Source: a virus (Duplodnaviria; Caudoviricetes). Taken from it: a stretch of 64,000 nt of DNA. Of the stretch, positions 46,157 through 56,242 are shown piece after piece. The stretch covers positions 1,555 to 65,554 of the IMG/VR virus record IMGVR_UViG_3300032213_001264; one strand, written 5' to 3'. How positions within the stretch are numbered: the stretch's first letter is position 1; each line of letters begins with the position of its first letter. The notes below the pieces were generated by a model. That model worked only from the letters and a program-made list of their open reading frames with translations, was not told where the DNA came from and searched no databases. A program made the translations under genes and the position numbers.

Positions 46157-46564
46157 ATGGCAGAAGATTTCAAAGAAATACAAACAGCAGTAGACGGAAT
46201 ATTAAATGTTAAGTCTTACGTTAGAAGAAAGAAGAGAACTGCATTAGACAAGAAGAAGGAGATGTTTGTACAGATGATGAATTCTATGGAAGAGATAACA
46301 GTGAGACAAGCATTGTTGTATGCTGATATGGATATGGATATGTTTAAATACGACGAGAAGTTTTTATCTATTATAGATCTAATGTATTACTTGCATTTTG
46401 GTGAAGCCTGTTCAGATATGATAGCATTCTATCTTTATGATAGACGAAATCCAGATGGCACATTAAATGCATTAGTAGATGAATCAGGTCAAGAAATAAT
46501 ACTAGAAACGCCTTACGATCTTTGGAGTCTCATGGTAAATCTTAATCCAAAAATACAGGACTAG
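46157..46564 (+). CDS. Hypothetical protein
   Basis: 135 aa, contiguous with neighbours. Confidence 0.72.
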   Translation: MAEDFKEIQTAVDGILNVKSYVRRKKRTALDKKKEMFVQMMNSMEEITVRQALLYADMDMDMFKYDEKFLSIIDLMYYLHFGEACSDMIAFYLYDRRNPDGTLNALVDESGQEIILETPYDLWSLMVNLNPKIQD

Positions 46565-47244
46565 TGGAAGAGAATATAGAAAAGCCTAACTTCGCCTATC
46601 AAGGTCTGCAAATTACTGAAGATCAGATATGGGAAGCAATGAAGAATACTCGCAGCAATCACGAGGCTGCAAGATGGATGCAGATCACTTACATTACGTA
46701 CAAGAAATATGCAAGTAAGTATATAGACAGAGATACCGGTAAGACTTTGTTTGAATTACACATGAATCAATCAGCTAAAGGAATACCTAAGAATTTTCAA
46801 GGCAGTAATTTTAAGCGAGACTTGGATGAGATGCTTACAGAGAAACAAGTGTCAAATCCACAGAGAATTGCTAAGCTCAAAGATCTACTAATGAAAGATG
46901 GTAGATTAGGATACTGTTGTGCCGAGTGCGATTTTAAAGAGAGACGTATACTCGATATGAAAGTTCCTTTGCTTATTAACTTTGTAAATGGTAACAAATC
47001 TGATTGGAGATTAGAGAATTTAAGATGGTTGTGTTACAATTGCAGTTTCTTATTTGCAGTAGATCCATTCAGCGATCGCATTACTCGTAATATAGAATCA
47101 AAATACATACACGACGAAGATGTATTAGAAGAAAACAATACGAAGTTCTACGACTTAGATCCTTTTTATTTAGAACACTTACAGAGAATAGGCTACGACG
47201 ATAAAGGTAACCTAAACGTAGACGATATCATAGACTACAAATAA
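46564..47244 (+). CDS. HNH-fold protein with degenerate active site
   Basis: CAEC..LLINFVNGNKSDWRLENLRWLCYNC; GTG start overlapping upstream stop. Confidence 0.65.
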   Translation: MEENIEKPNFAYQGLQITEDQIWEAMKNTRSNHEAARWMQITYITYKKYASKYIDRDTGKTLFELHMNQSAKGIPKNFQGSNFKRDLDEMLTEKQVSNPQRIAKLKDLLMKDGRLGYCCAECDFKERRILDMKVPLLINFVNGNKSDWRLENLRWLCYNCSFLFAVDPFSDRITRNIESKYIHDEDVLEENNTKFYDLDPFYLEHLQRIGYDDKGNLNVDDIIDYK

Positions 47245-47472
47245 CCGTTTCCAACGCGTTATATATCAATAAAATCATAATGTGCAACTGATTGGTTTTC
47301 AGCCAGATACAACTGGTTGGTTATCAATAAGTTGCACTTTTTTGTGATATTACTCAAAAAATACATACATAACTGATTGATTCTCTATCAAGAAGTTTCG
47401 AAAATAGTTCAATAAAACAGCTCTAGATAGCCAGAATTGTGTAGTTTTACCTATAATCAATAAATAAAAGCT
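47245..47472. promoter_or_regulatory. Intergenic control region with repeated AACnnnTTG(G/A) boxes
   Basis: Boxes at 47249 (minus strand), 47286, 47311, 47371; ~48-nt block shared with 53800-53846. Confidence 0.55.
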
Positions 47473-47787
47473 ATGAAAGTTAGAATTTACATTAAAAATG
47501 CTCTTACAAAAGAGATCGTTACTGACCACGTTATCACTGTCGAAGATTACGACAAAGAACTTATGTGGACAAATATGCAGTTAAATCATAAAGCACTTAG
47601 CGAATCTTTTCCAGACTGTCACGTTAATTTTGAATTCTTAGACAATCAAGATTTTATTGCAGGAGTACCTCACAATATGGAACTAGATCAAATTAAAATA
47701 GATAAAGGTGAAATGTCATGGCAAAGGTACATGAAAAAGTGGCACAACACAGACATAGAATATTCAGCAATGCCTTCATTAAACTAA
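47473..47787 (+). CDS. Hypothetical protein
   Basis: 104 aa, A-rich start context. Confidence 0.72.
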   Translation: MKVRIYIKNALTKEIVTDHVITVEDYDKELMWTNMQLNHKALSESFPDCHVNFEFLDNQDFIAGVPHNMELDQIKIDKGEMSWQRYMKKWHNTDIEYSAMPSLN

Positions 47788-47897
47788 TTAATATGATATC
47801 AGTAATACTATTCCTATCAATTGTGTATATCGGTCACACATTAAACCTAACCGACACAGACATTAAATTCACAGACATTAAAACAAAAAAATAAGTT

Positions 47898-49061
47898 ATG
47901 ATAAAGAAAAGTTACAAAAACATGGACGGTACTTCATTTCACGGCGCTACAATCAGTGCTTCATTAGCAGATCTAATTGATATCTTAGGTGCGACACACG
48001 GTATCGGAGAACCAAGCGATAAAGTACAAAATTCGTGGGACTTAGAGTTAGAAGACGGTACCATATTTACCGTATACGATTGGAAAGAGTATCGTCGTTA
48101 CACAGATAAAGAAACAATCGAGTGGCACATTGGTGGTAGATCTCAAAAAGATACATTCGTAGCTCAAGACGCTTTAGTAGAAGCATTAGCTACTATGAAT
48201 GTCAAACCAAATTTATTCCAATCTGTTAAGTCGTTTATCAATTCTAAAAACGTAGGTGACACATTTACTACTAAAGAATTCCACGCAGCAATGGAAGGTA
48301 TCGAACAACTAACTTGGTGGAAAAAATACAGCGGTGGTAAACACTATCGTCAAGATCAATACAAAGGTTATTTAAAACGTTTAGGTTTTTTAGAAAACAC
48401 TAAGCGTGGAATGTGGAGAGTCTTATGTCATATTCCAGCATGGTTAGATAGTGGTCATGTTAATAGTGCATTAGGTTATATGTACACAGTTGAACGTATT
48501 ACTTGGACTTTAGATATGGAAACTAAAAAAGAAACAAACACTCCTAATGCTGATTGGAAAATTATTTACACGCCATACAAAGGCATGACTAAAGACGAAA
48601 TTGTAACTAAGATCGAAAACTACGTACTTGAATTTGGAATTGTTAAGACAGTTGAAGCACCTAAAGTAGAAGTAGATCATTTAGCAGAATACAAAACGAC
48701 TACAGCAAAATTAGCTAAGGATTTAGCTATGAATATTATTGGTGATGGCAAATCTCCTAACGTATGGTTCGTTACTCAGTCACCATACTTTATGAAGTAC
48801 AAAGATGGGTATGGAGAATCATTCTTATTAGATGGATTTGATGCATCAGAATATAGCGTAATGTTTGGTCCTTTCTTTAGTTACAAAGATGCGTGTGCTC
48901 AGTACGACGAAATAGAATTAGAAGCATACGATGGAGTTGGCACAGTTACTATCGAAGATCGTGTTATCGGTGTGGTTAAAGAGAAGTTCTTAGAAGAGAG
49001 AATAACCGTAGACTATTCTTATAACGAAATTGACGAATCTAAATTTTATAACAATAAATAA
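47898..49061 (+). CDS. Multi-domain hypothetical phage protein
   Basis: 387 aa; N-terminal GTSFHG..TVYDWK..WHIGG segment; AAGTTATG start. Confidence 0.78.
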   Translation: MIKKSYKNMDGTSFHGATISASLADLIDILGATHGIGEPSDKVQNSWDLELEDGTIFTVYDWKEYRRYTDKETIEWHIGGRSQKDTFVAQDALVEALATMNVKPNLFQSVKSFINSKNVGDTFTTKEFHAAMEGIEQLTWWKKYSGGKHYRQDQYKGYLKRLGFLENTKRGMWRVLCHIPAWLDSGHVNSALGYMYTVERITWTLDMETKKETNTPNADWKIIYTPYKGMTKDEIVTKIENYVLEFGIVKTVEAPKVEVDHLAEYKTTTAKLAKDLAMNIIGDGKSPNVWFVTQSPYFMKYKDGYGESFLLDGFDASEYSVMFGPFFSYKDACAQYDEIELEAYDGVGTVTIEDRVIGVVKEKFLEERITVDYSYNEIDESKFYNNK

Positions 49062-49068
49062 TTTAATT

Positions 49069-49269
49069 ATGTTACACGAATACACTAGAGCTGAATTAGA
49101 CAGCATGGAAACAATCGAACAAGCATGGGACGGTGATGAGTTAAAAATCGAAACCGACACTTATAAAGTTTGGTTAGTACTACGAGAGAATAGACCATAC
49201 AATGGTGACTACGTAGTAGAAACATTAGTAAATGGAGGATGGGAACAGGTATCTTATTACTTTAATTAA
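49069..49269 (+). CDS. Hypothetical protein
   Basis: ATG start at 49069. Confidence 0.65.
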   Translation: MLHEYTRAELDSMETIEQAWDGDELKIETDTYKVWLVLRENRPYNGDYVVETLVNGGWEQVSYYFN

Positions 49270-49283
49270 TAAAAAATATAAAC

Positions 49284-49559
49284 ATGACTCAATCACAATT
49301 AAACAAATTGACTTTATTAGAATTATCAAAATTAAATAGAATGGTAGTAGATACCATTAAAGCAAAAAAGAAAACCGATTCAAAAGAAAAGCGTAAAGCA
49401 TTCAGTATCGGTGACAAGGTAATAGTAGAACATAAGAAGACAAGCGGTAAAGTATTCATCATAAAGGATATCAGATTGACTAAAGCTACTGTACACGAAG
49501 TAGATGGATTTGGTAGATACGATGTACCTTTAACAATGATAGGACCATACTGCTATTAA
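49284..49559 (+). CDS. Hypothetical protein (SH3/KOW-like C-terminus)
   Basis: FSIGDKVIV..IKDIRLTKATV. Confidence 0.68.
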   Translation: MTQSQLNKLTLLELSKLNRMVVDTIKAKKKTDSKEKRKAFSIGDKVIVEHKKTSGKVFIIKDIRLTKATVHEVDGFGRYDVPLTMIGPYCY

Positions 49560-49576
49560 TAATTAAAAACCAACTT

Positions 49577-49843
49577 ATGTATATAGATAATTTAACAGGA
49601 ATTGAATTCACTTTTAGAACAGAAGATCAATACGAAAATGCACGCTTCGGTGGATACATAGAGAATTATAAGATCGCTAGAGTAGAAGTATCATACGACG
49701 ATGGATCTAGAATAGATGCTCCTTACCACTCTTTCGAAGAATTCCAAAAATGTGTTAAACAAATGTGGGATGCAAAGAACGTAATCAGTGTATTACCCTA
49801 TCAAGCTGACCACTATTATGATATACAAGAATATGCAGAATAA
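49577..49843 (+). CDS. Hypothetical protein
   Basis: 88 aa ORF. Confidence 0.68.
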   Translation: MYIDNLTGIEFTFRTEDQYENARFGGYIENYKIARVEVSYDDGSRIDAPYHSFEEFQKCVKQMWDAKNVISVLPYQADHYYDIQEYAE

Positions 49844-49859
49844 TTTAAAAACAAGTAAT

Positions 49860-50057
49860 ATGATACAAGACATAGAAAAAGAAATGGAGTTAATACAAGA
49901 CAGAGAAAAGACAATGGCCAATCCAGAATTCCAAGCTTGGATGCGGGATTTGAATGTGTCCTCTTCTTATGAAGATAGATCAAGTAAGATAAACGCGTAC
50001 GATCTACAGATGCAGTACAACACTAAAATGTATTCTAAACTAAACTTTAATAAATAA
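49860..50057 (+). CDS. Hypothetical protein
   Basis: ATG start at 49860. Confidence 0.6.
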   Translation: MIQDIEKEMELIQDREKTMANPEFQAWMRDLNVSSSYEDRSSKINAYDLQMQYNTKMYSKLNFNK

Positions 50058-50060
50058 GAT

Positions 50061-50666
50061 ATGAGACTAAGCAAAAACGATAAGACATTTATTGAGATAG
50101 TAAAAAATGGTTGTAAGAAGCACAAGATATCGTGTAAGCTTAAAGACGTAAACTATTTAAAGCCAATTCCATCTGTAAGATGCACTGGATATTTTGATGA
50201 CGAAGGTAAAACGTTGCAAGTCGCAATGAAACAGAAAGATTCGTTTGAAATATTGGTACACGAATACAGTCACCTTACACAATGGGTAAATAAGATACCA
50301 GTTTATATGAAAGCAAATAAGTATCTGTTCGCTGTAGATGCTTGGATATCAGGTGAGAAGTTCTCTAGTTCTATGGTAGATGCCGCAATACAAGGCGTAA
50401 TAGATCTAGAATTAGACAATGAGAAGAGAGCAGTTAAGTTGATAAGTAAATACAACTTGAGTATTGATAAAGAAAGCTACATAAAGAAAGCGAATGCTTA
50501 TTTGTATTTTTACCATTGGATGAGAAAGACTAGAAAGTGGAGCAGTCCTAATAACTTACCTTATAGGAACAAGAACATTATTGCCGCCATGCCAAACACA
50601 TTCAGAGGCAAGTACGATAAGTTACCAAAGAGATTTGAAAAACTATTTAAACAAGAAAATATATAA
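50061..50666 (+). CDS. HExxH metallopeptidase-like protein
   Basis: ILVHEYSHLTQW, downstream LELDNE. Confidence 0.65.
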   Translation: MRLSKNDKTFIEIVKNGCKKHKISCKLKDVNYLKPIPSVRCTGYFDDEGKTLQVAMKQKDSFEILVHEYSHLTQWVNKIPVYMKANKYLFAVDAWISGEKFSSSMVDAAIQGVIDLELDNEKRAVKLISKYNLSIDKESYIKKANAYLYFYHWMRKTRKWSSPNNLPYRNKNIIAAMPNTFRGKYDKLPKRFEKLFKQENI

Positions 50667-50667
50667 T

Positions 50668-50904
50668 ATGAAAGCAACATTAGAATTTGACTTAGACGAA
50701 GGACAAGACAAGACAGCTCATTTACGATGCGTTAAAGCAGTAAACATGGCAGTAGCACTATGGGATATGGATCAGTATTTACGAGGACTTATTAAATATG
50801 GAGAGCTCGATGATGCTACTTATAAAACACTTGAAGAGACCAGAGATAAACTAAGGGAAATTATGAGCGAAAATTCAATTGATTTAGACGAGTTATTAAA
50901 TTAG
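50668..50904 (+). CDS. Hypothetical phage protein
   Basis: MKATLEFDL..LWDMDQYLR; ATG at 50668. Confidence 0.7.
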   Translation: MKATLEFDLDEGQDKTAHLRCVKAVNMAVALWDMDQYLRGLIKYGELDDATYKTLEETRDKLREIMSENSIDLDELLN

Positions 50905-50908
50905 TGTT

Positions 50909-51472
50909 ATGAAGATAAATAGAAAACGTGTAGCGTGGTATCTACAGAATATCAGAGCTAAGAACGAAGAACTAACAGACGAGCAATTAATAGACAATTT
51001 AGCCACATGGATGGAAACGAATCCTGAATGTGTTAATATGAACGGAGTATCTCATCAAGGTCGTTACTACTATTCTACTGTTGGTTACGGTATATTCAGT
51101 TTATTGGGAGAAAGATATAGAATGGGTAGAGTAGAGATATTCGATAAGCAAAACGACAGTGGATACCAAATAGCAGAAGGATCTTATTGTATGCCGTTTG
51201 TATCAGCTAATCAATTCGAAGACTTCATAGAGTCTATAGAAACTGATCTGCCTATAAGCATAAACATAGGATCTCATGATTGGTGCGAAGAAGCTTGCGC
51301 TATAGATTTAGGCTTCGAAAATGCAGAAGCAATGAACGATAAAGCAAATGTTAAAGCATATCGAGATAAGCTGAATGACGAATTTGCAGTAGAACAGGGA
51401 TACAAGGATTATGCAGACTTATTATCTAAAAGTAAATGGAATAAACAAAAACAAGATGAAGATACAATATAA
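50909..51472 (+). CDS. Hypothetical protein
   Basis: 187 aa ORF. Confidence 0.72.
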   Translation: MKINRKRVAWYLQNIRAKNEELTDEQLIDNLATWMETNPECVNMNGVSHQGRYYYSTVGYGIFSLLGERYRMGRVEIFDKQNDSGYQIAEGSYCMPFVSANQFEDFIESIETDLPISINIGSHDWCEEACAIDLGFENAEAMNDKANVKAYRDKLNDEFAVEQGYKDYADLLSKSKWNKQKQDEDTI

Positions 51473-52142
51473 CATAAAAGAAATAAAACCAAAGATATTT
51501 GCGGTAATAGTACCAGACAGATATCATAGAGCAATGTTGTTCATGAGAGTACAAGAGTTCTATGAGTCTCCTAACCCTAAATTCAGAAACAAAGCTTTTG
51601 AAATATGGGACTATATAGAATGGTACAGTAGAAAGCACACAGATAGTTTTACCTATGCATCAGATTGGGTAGGTTTTAACTTTCCTTTAAACATAGCAGT
51701 AAAATGCTACGACAAGATGGGATATAGGTACACATACTACACACCTTACGATGTAACAATGGGTAAAATACTAGATGAGATTAAAGAGAAAGTGAACTTA
51801 AAATATGGACCTAAATCTAAAGCCTACATTATAGGAGTAGGCAACTTGACCTCTACCACATTTCAACACGAATTGTGTCATGCTTATTATCATATAGATA
51901 GTAACTATAAGAAAGAAGTAGATGCTATCACTGAGGAGATGGACCCTAAAATATATAAAAAAATGTGTAAGAACTTAACAGATATGGGGTACACAGAACA
52001 GGTATTCAATGATGAGATTCAAGCCTACACATGCATAGATTCAGATTACTTTGAATTCAATTTCAAGATACCAGAAACCAAATTAGAAAAACTATCAAAG
52101 AAGTATAAAGTCATATATGAAAAATACATTAACCAAAAATAA
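51456..52142 (+). CDS. HExxH-motif protein
   Basis: RVQEFYESP, FQHELCHAYY, DEIQAY. Confidence 0.68.
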   Translation: MKIQYNIKEIKPKIFAVIVPDRYHRAMLFMRVQEFYESPNPKFRNKAFEIWDYIEWYSRKHTDSFTYASDWVGFNFPLNIAVKCYDKMGYRYTYYTPYDVTMGKILDEIKEKVNLKYGPKSKAYIIGVGNLTSTTFQHELCHAYYHIDSNYKKEVDAITEEMDPKIYKKMCKNLTDMGYTEQVFNDEIQAYTCIDSDYFEFNFKIPETKLEKLSKKYKVIYEKYINQK

Positions 52143-52235
52143 AGATAAAGAGAAGCAGAGACTTAAGAAGTATGAAAAGGCAAAGAAAGAAGCCATAGCA
52201 AATTTAACAAAGACAGAAAGAAAAGCGTTAGGATT

Positions 52236-52631
52236 ATGAGAAAGGAAAAGAACTACGTAACTAGAGCCACCGCACAGAAAATATTGGATTGGTGTTACTT
52301 CACATACGGTAGATCCAAGATAAATGGTCCGTATCCAGCTCTTGAGTTCAGAAAGCCTGATTATATTTCAGGCGACGACTACGGATACTACGACGAGATA
52401 GATCAAACCATATTTGTAAACAGAGAAATTCACCATACTTTAGAGGAACTTGTTAAGACAATTATCCACGAGTACTGGCACTACGTTAGTCACTCTATGC
52501 ACGAGTATCAGATATTGGCCAAATGGTTGACTTCTGATAAGAACCCAATGGAGAAGGATGCCATCAGAATAGAGAGAAGAGACTACAAAAAATGTCTGAG
52601 ATACTTAAAAAAGGAATACAATATTGGTTAA
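52236..52631 (+). CDS. HExxH metallopeptidase-like protein
   Basis: GYYD..IFVN, TIIHEYWHY, NPMEKDA. Confidence 0.68.
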   Translation: MRKEKNYVTRATAQKILDWCYFTYGRSKINGPYPALEFRKPDYISGDDYGYYDEIDQTIFVNREIHHTLEELVKTIIHEYWHYVSHSMHEYQILAKWLTSDKNPMEKDAIRIERRDYKKCLRYLKKEYNIG

Positions 52632-52654
52632 CCTCAAATATTTATGTTCAGGAT

Positions 52655-52870
52655 ATGCTGATTCACGACACACTAGATAAAATAGCGGAAGAGACACAGA
52701 TCCCAACCGAGATACATGAATACCTACATGTAAATAGTAGAGAAGTATGGGTTGAGACGATGGTTGGACTAATAGATACCGGTCAGATCAAAGCCTCAGC
52801 AAGACAAATTAAAGTTTTAGCAGAGAATTGGGAAGATTTGTTGTGTAGGAAATATTCAAATTTAAACTAA
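52655..52870 (+). CDS. Hypothetical protein
   Basis: ATG at 52655 after an ATATTTAT motif. Confidence 0.62.
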   Translation: MLIHDTLDKIAEETQIPTEIHEYLHVNSREVWVETMVGLIDTGQIKASARQIKVLAENWEDLLCRKYSNLN

Positions 52871-52874
52871 GACA

Positions 52875-53168
52875 ATGACGATTTTACAGGCAACGGTTGA
52901 TAGCGCAAGTGTAGGTTCAGCTTTTATGCAATACGGTATATTGGGTGTATTAGCATTCTTATTAGGTTACTTTGCATGGCAACAGTACTTAAGACTTGTT
53001 AAGAAGAACGAGGAGTTAGAGGTTAAAGTAGACAAGCTACAAGAGCAGATGATGAAGATACTCGTAGAAGAGAGAGACAGACTGGATACCTTAATAAGAG
53101 ATAACACTGCTGCTCTTCAAGAACTTCAGAAGACTATATACAAATACATGGTTAAAAGCAAGGACTAA
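52875..53168 (+). CDS. Single-TM coiled-coil protein (holin-like)
   Basis: QYGILGVLAFLLGYFAW helix followed by coiled coil. Confidence 0.55.
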   Translation: MTILQATVDSASVGSAFMQYGILGVLAFLLGYFAWQQYLRLVKKNEELEVKVDKLQEQMMKILVEERDRLDTLIRDNTAALQELQKTIYKYMVKSKD

Positions 53169-53479
53169 TGGAAACTAAAAGATCTGTGCTAACAAAAATG
53201 GGAGATACACTAATCAAAGCATTTGAATTGGCCGAATCTTTTAACAACAGACAGAAAAATAAAGAGTTACCTTACGATCAAAAGTTAATGCTATTGAAAG
53301 AAGCTTTATCAACAGAGTACAAACAGTGTATTGAAGGTTCTAGAATATCAGGTTTATTTGCGGCTAAAAGACACGTGGTAGAAAAGCACATACAATTTAT
53401 AAAAACAGTACAGAATAAAAAGACTTTAAACGAAGACGAAAAACAAATCATAGACACACTCATCTCAAAATACACATAA
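53168..53479 (+). CDS. Hypothetical protein
   Basis: 103 aa, TAATG coupling. Confidence 0.7.
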   Translation: METKRSVLTKMGDTLIKAFELAESFNNRQKNKELPYDQKLMLLKEALSTEYKQCIEGSRISGLFAAKRHVVEKHIQFIKTVQNKKTLNEDEKQIIDTLISKYT

Positions 53480-53496
53480 ACTCCCATCTAAAGGTT

Positions 53497-53697
53497 ATGA
53501 AACAATTGTTTACAAAAAGGTTTGCTAAGAAGATCACCATCAAACCATGCAGCTCAGACCAAATTGGTTGCGACTATCACATGGATCTATTCGGTAAGGC
53601 ATGCTCATCGTGCCCATATCAGCCATCTAATAAGACCAAATTCTTTACTTTTGGAGCTCCCAAGTCTGCTCCATTGGTCCAAAAACAAAAAGCTTAG
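53497..53697 (+). CDS. Small Cys-rich hypothetical protein
   Basis: PC..GC..CSSCPY. Confidence 0.5.
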   Translation: MKQLFTKRFAKKITIKPCSSDQIGCDYHMDLFGKACSSCPYQPSNKTKFFTFGAPKSAPLVQKQKA

Positions 53698-53940
53698 TAT
53701 ATTATAGCCATTTGGTACAAAGCGTGCCAAAAGAGCCCAAAATAGGCCCTTGGGAGAGCATTGGAAACCAATCAGTTATGCATATTAAAAAAGAATATCC
53801 ATAACGCGTTGGTTCTCTATCGAGAATTTTTAAGATACTTGATAAATAATTTTTTTGTTTCGGAGGATAGTAGTACTTTTACTCTGATGCTGACAAATAA
53901 AGTATCATATATATAAATTTTTTAATATTAAATAAAAGTT
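53698..53940. promoter_or_regulatory. Intergenic control region homologous to 47245-47472
   Basis: Boxes at 53766 (minus strand) and 53803; shared TTCTCTATC.AGAA block. Confidence 0.55.
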
Positions 53941-54855
53941 ATGAATACACTACAAACTACGTTGACCGCGTTACAGTCACAGTTACAATCTCAAAAAGAA
54001 GCGTCTAAGTATTACTACGACAATGTCTTTAGTAAAGAAGTTGCTTCGTTAGAAACAAAAATTGCAGAATGGTTCTACCAATTTACTGGTGAAACTTACA
54101 TTATTAAATTAGAAAGTGGTGGAGAAACATTACAAATTTATTCATCTGAAGCATACGTAAAAGATATGTGGAGACATAATGCTATTACCGTATATCACTA
54201 CGCTAGATATGGCGAAGAAGCTAAAGCAAAATTAAGTTTCTATTCTAAAGAAGTAGAGTACAACGATACTGAAACTATTGCTTACTTAAAAACTTTAGGT
54301 ATGGTTGCAACTTTATTGAATCAAATTAACTTCATGATGCCAGTATGGAAAGCTGAATATCAACAGTACGCACAAAAGCGTTATGCTACATTCGAGCAAC
54401 CAATCAGTCAAACAGAATTTGCTATACGTAAAACAGAAAAGGAAATAGCCGAACAAGGTATTGCTGAGTATAGCAAAGCAGGTTTTCAGCATACTATATC
54501 TACTCGTACAGTATGCGAAAGACAGTATAACATTCCTTATGATCAAGAAGGAGCGTATACATTAGAAGTAAAACCTCAGTACTTTGATCTACAAACTGGT
54601 AGAGGTAGATACGATCATGTACGTGTATATGCATTCGAAGTTGTAGGTGAAGTTAAGTACGGAAAAGTAGAGATGAACATAAAAACGACCGCTGTAGAAG
54701 ATGGATCTTTTAGTCCTATAGTTGTCACTAAAGCAAGATTCGATGACTTCATTGCGACTGTATACCATTGGGAAACTATTCAAAGAGAGAAGGACACAGC
54801 AGACCAAACTGAAAGGTTCGAGAGAAGCATTAAAGTTTCTAAAATGGCATGTTAA
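53941..54855 (+). CDS. Hypothetical protein
   Basis: 304 aa, AAAAGTTATG start. Confidence 0.8.
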   Translation: MNTLQTTLTALQSQLQSQKEASKYYYDNVFSKEVASLETKIAEWFYQFTGETYIIKLESGGETLQIYSSEAYVKDMWRHNAITVYHYARYGEEAKAKLSFYSKEVEYNDTETIAYLKTLGMVATLLNQINFMMPVWKAEYQQYAQKRYATFEQPISQTEFAIRKTEKEIAEQGIAEYSKAGFQHTISTRTVCERQYNIPYDQEGAYTLEVKPQYFDLQTGRGRYDHVRVYAFEVVGEVKYGKVEMNIKTTAVEDGSFSPIVVTKARFDDFIATVYHWETIQREKDTADQTERFERSIKVSKMAC

Positions 54856-54876
54856 TATTAATCTAAATAAAAAGTT

Positions 54877-55101
54877 ATGAAATTGTATGCAGTTATCCTC
54901 ACGACAGAGGACTATATAAACACGGTGATATTTGACAACGAAAAAGAAGCTGTAGACAGTTTCGATTGTATCGACTACAATGTTGTTGACGATTACGATA
55001 ACACATTTGCAGTAGTAGCAAAGCTCGATGGATTAGGTAAGGAATTTGGTTTCGGAGCAAGAGGTGAATTTCATGGTGGAAATATTATCAAACAAAAATA
55101 A
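54877..55101 (+). CDS. Hypothetical protein
   Basis: 74 aa, AAAAGTTATG start. Confidence 0.7.
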   Translation: MKLYAVILTTEDYINTVIFDNEKEAVDSFDCIDYNVVDDYDNTFAVVAKLDGLGKEFGFGARGEFHGGNIIKQK

Positions 55102-55107
55102 AACTTA

Positions 55108-55308
55108 ATGGATTATAAAGCACATGTCTTTCAGAGTTTAGGCAATGGTAAGTTGCATCCATCTAGAACTCAGTGTGGTAGGCACATACAAAGGAATAGT
55201 CGAGGCACATTTGTTACAAAGACTACGTACTTTATTGAACTACACAAAGAAGATCCAAAAAATGTGTGCGAAAAGTGTTTAGCATGGTTATTAAATAAAA
55301 CAAAATAA
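55108..55308 (+). CDS. Small zinc-binding hypothetical protein
   Basis: H..TQCG..CEKC. Confidence 0.65.
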   Translation: MDYKAHVFQSLGNGKLHPSRTQCGRHIQRNSRGTFVTKTTYFIELHKEDPKNVCEKCLAWLLNKTK

Positions 55309-55320
55309 AAAATAAAAGTT

Positions 55321-55785
55321 ATGGGATTAGACATGTATTTGTACAAAAAAACATTCTTACACACAGGAGAATGGGTACGCGAAGATAAAAGATGCGAAGT
55401 AACAATCACAGAAGGCGGTAAGCCGCATCCGTTCATCAATCCAAAAAAGATTGACTACATCGTAGAAGAAGTTGGATATTGGCGCAAAGCAAATCAGATC
55501 CATCAGTGGTTCGTAGAAAAGGTACAGAAAGGACAAGACGATTGTAGAGAGTACAGCGTAGACTACGAACAGTTGCGAGATCTGTTGAATGTATGCGAAG
55601 ACGTATTAGACGATCATAGTAAAGCAGAGCAGTTATTACCAAGAAGCTCAGGCTTTTTCTTTGGTAGTACAGACTACGATGACTACTACTTCGAGCAAGT
55701 ACAAAATACATACGATATCTTAATGACTATCGTGTCAGCTGGAGATGCAGATACACAAGAGTACACATATCAATCAAGTTGGTAA
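55321..55785 (+). CDS. Conserved-type phage hypothetical protein
   Basis: MGLDMYL, YWRKANQIHQWF, GFFFGS, YQSSW pattern. Confidence 0.8.
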   Translation: MGLDMYLYKKTFLHTGEWVREDKRCEVTITEGGKPHPFINPKKIDYIVEEVGYWRKANQIHQWFVEKVQKGQDDCREYSVDYEQLRDLLNVCEDVLDDHSKAEQLLPRSSGFFFGSTDYDDYYFEQVQNTYDILMTIVSAGDADTQEYTYQSSW

Positions 55786-55805
55786 CATTTAAAATTAAAA
55801 CAGTT

Positions 55806-56066
55806 ATGAAAACATTCAGTGATTTAGAATTTAAACCCCATCCAATGGGTTCAGGTATCATTAGTCGTATCAAGTTCGACAATGGATATGGCGCATCAGT
55901 AGTTAAAGGACCACACACATACGGCGGAGATCAAGACTTGTATGAATTAGCTGTGTTAGACAACAACGATGATCTAACATACGATACACCAGTAACTAGT
56001 GACGTAGAAGGTTATTTAACAGAAGAAGACGTAACAATATTATTAAAACAAATCCAAAATTTATAA
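55806..56066 (+). CDS. Conserved-type phage hypothetical protein
   Basis: FDNGYGASVV, YGG..LYELAVL, YDTPVTSDVEGYL. Confidence 0.78.
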   Translation: MKTFSDLEFKPHPMGSGIISRIKFDNGYGASVVKGPHTYGGDQDLYELAVLDNNDDLTYDTPVTSDVEGYLTEEDVTILLKQIQNL

Positions 56067-56069
56067 TCT

Positions 56070-56240
56070 ATGTTTGAAGAAATTGAAATCGGAGACATCT
56101 ACAACGAGAACGAAGAAGAGTTAATTGAAATGATCGAAGAACTTGAGAAAGAAGTTAAGTTCTATTTGGCACAAGGTAATAAGACTGCTGCTAACTTGAT
56201 CAAGAAACAAATTAAGGACCTTAAAAAAGCACACTTCTAA
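56070..56240 (+). CDS. Small hypothetical protein (not in ORF track)
   Basis: 56 aa MFEEIEIGDIYNENEEEL.. fills the gap exactly. Confidence 0.6.
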   Translation: MFEEIEIGDIYNENEEELIEMIEELEKEVKFYLAQGNKTAANLIKKQIKDLKKAHF

Positions 56241-56242
56241 TT

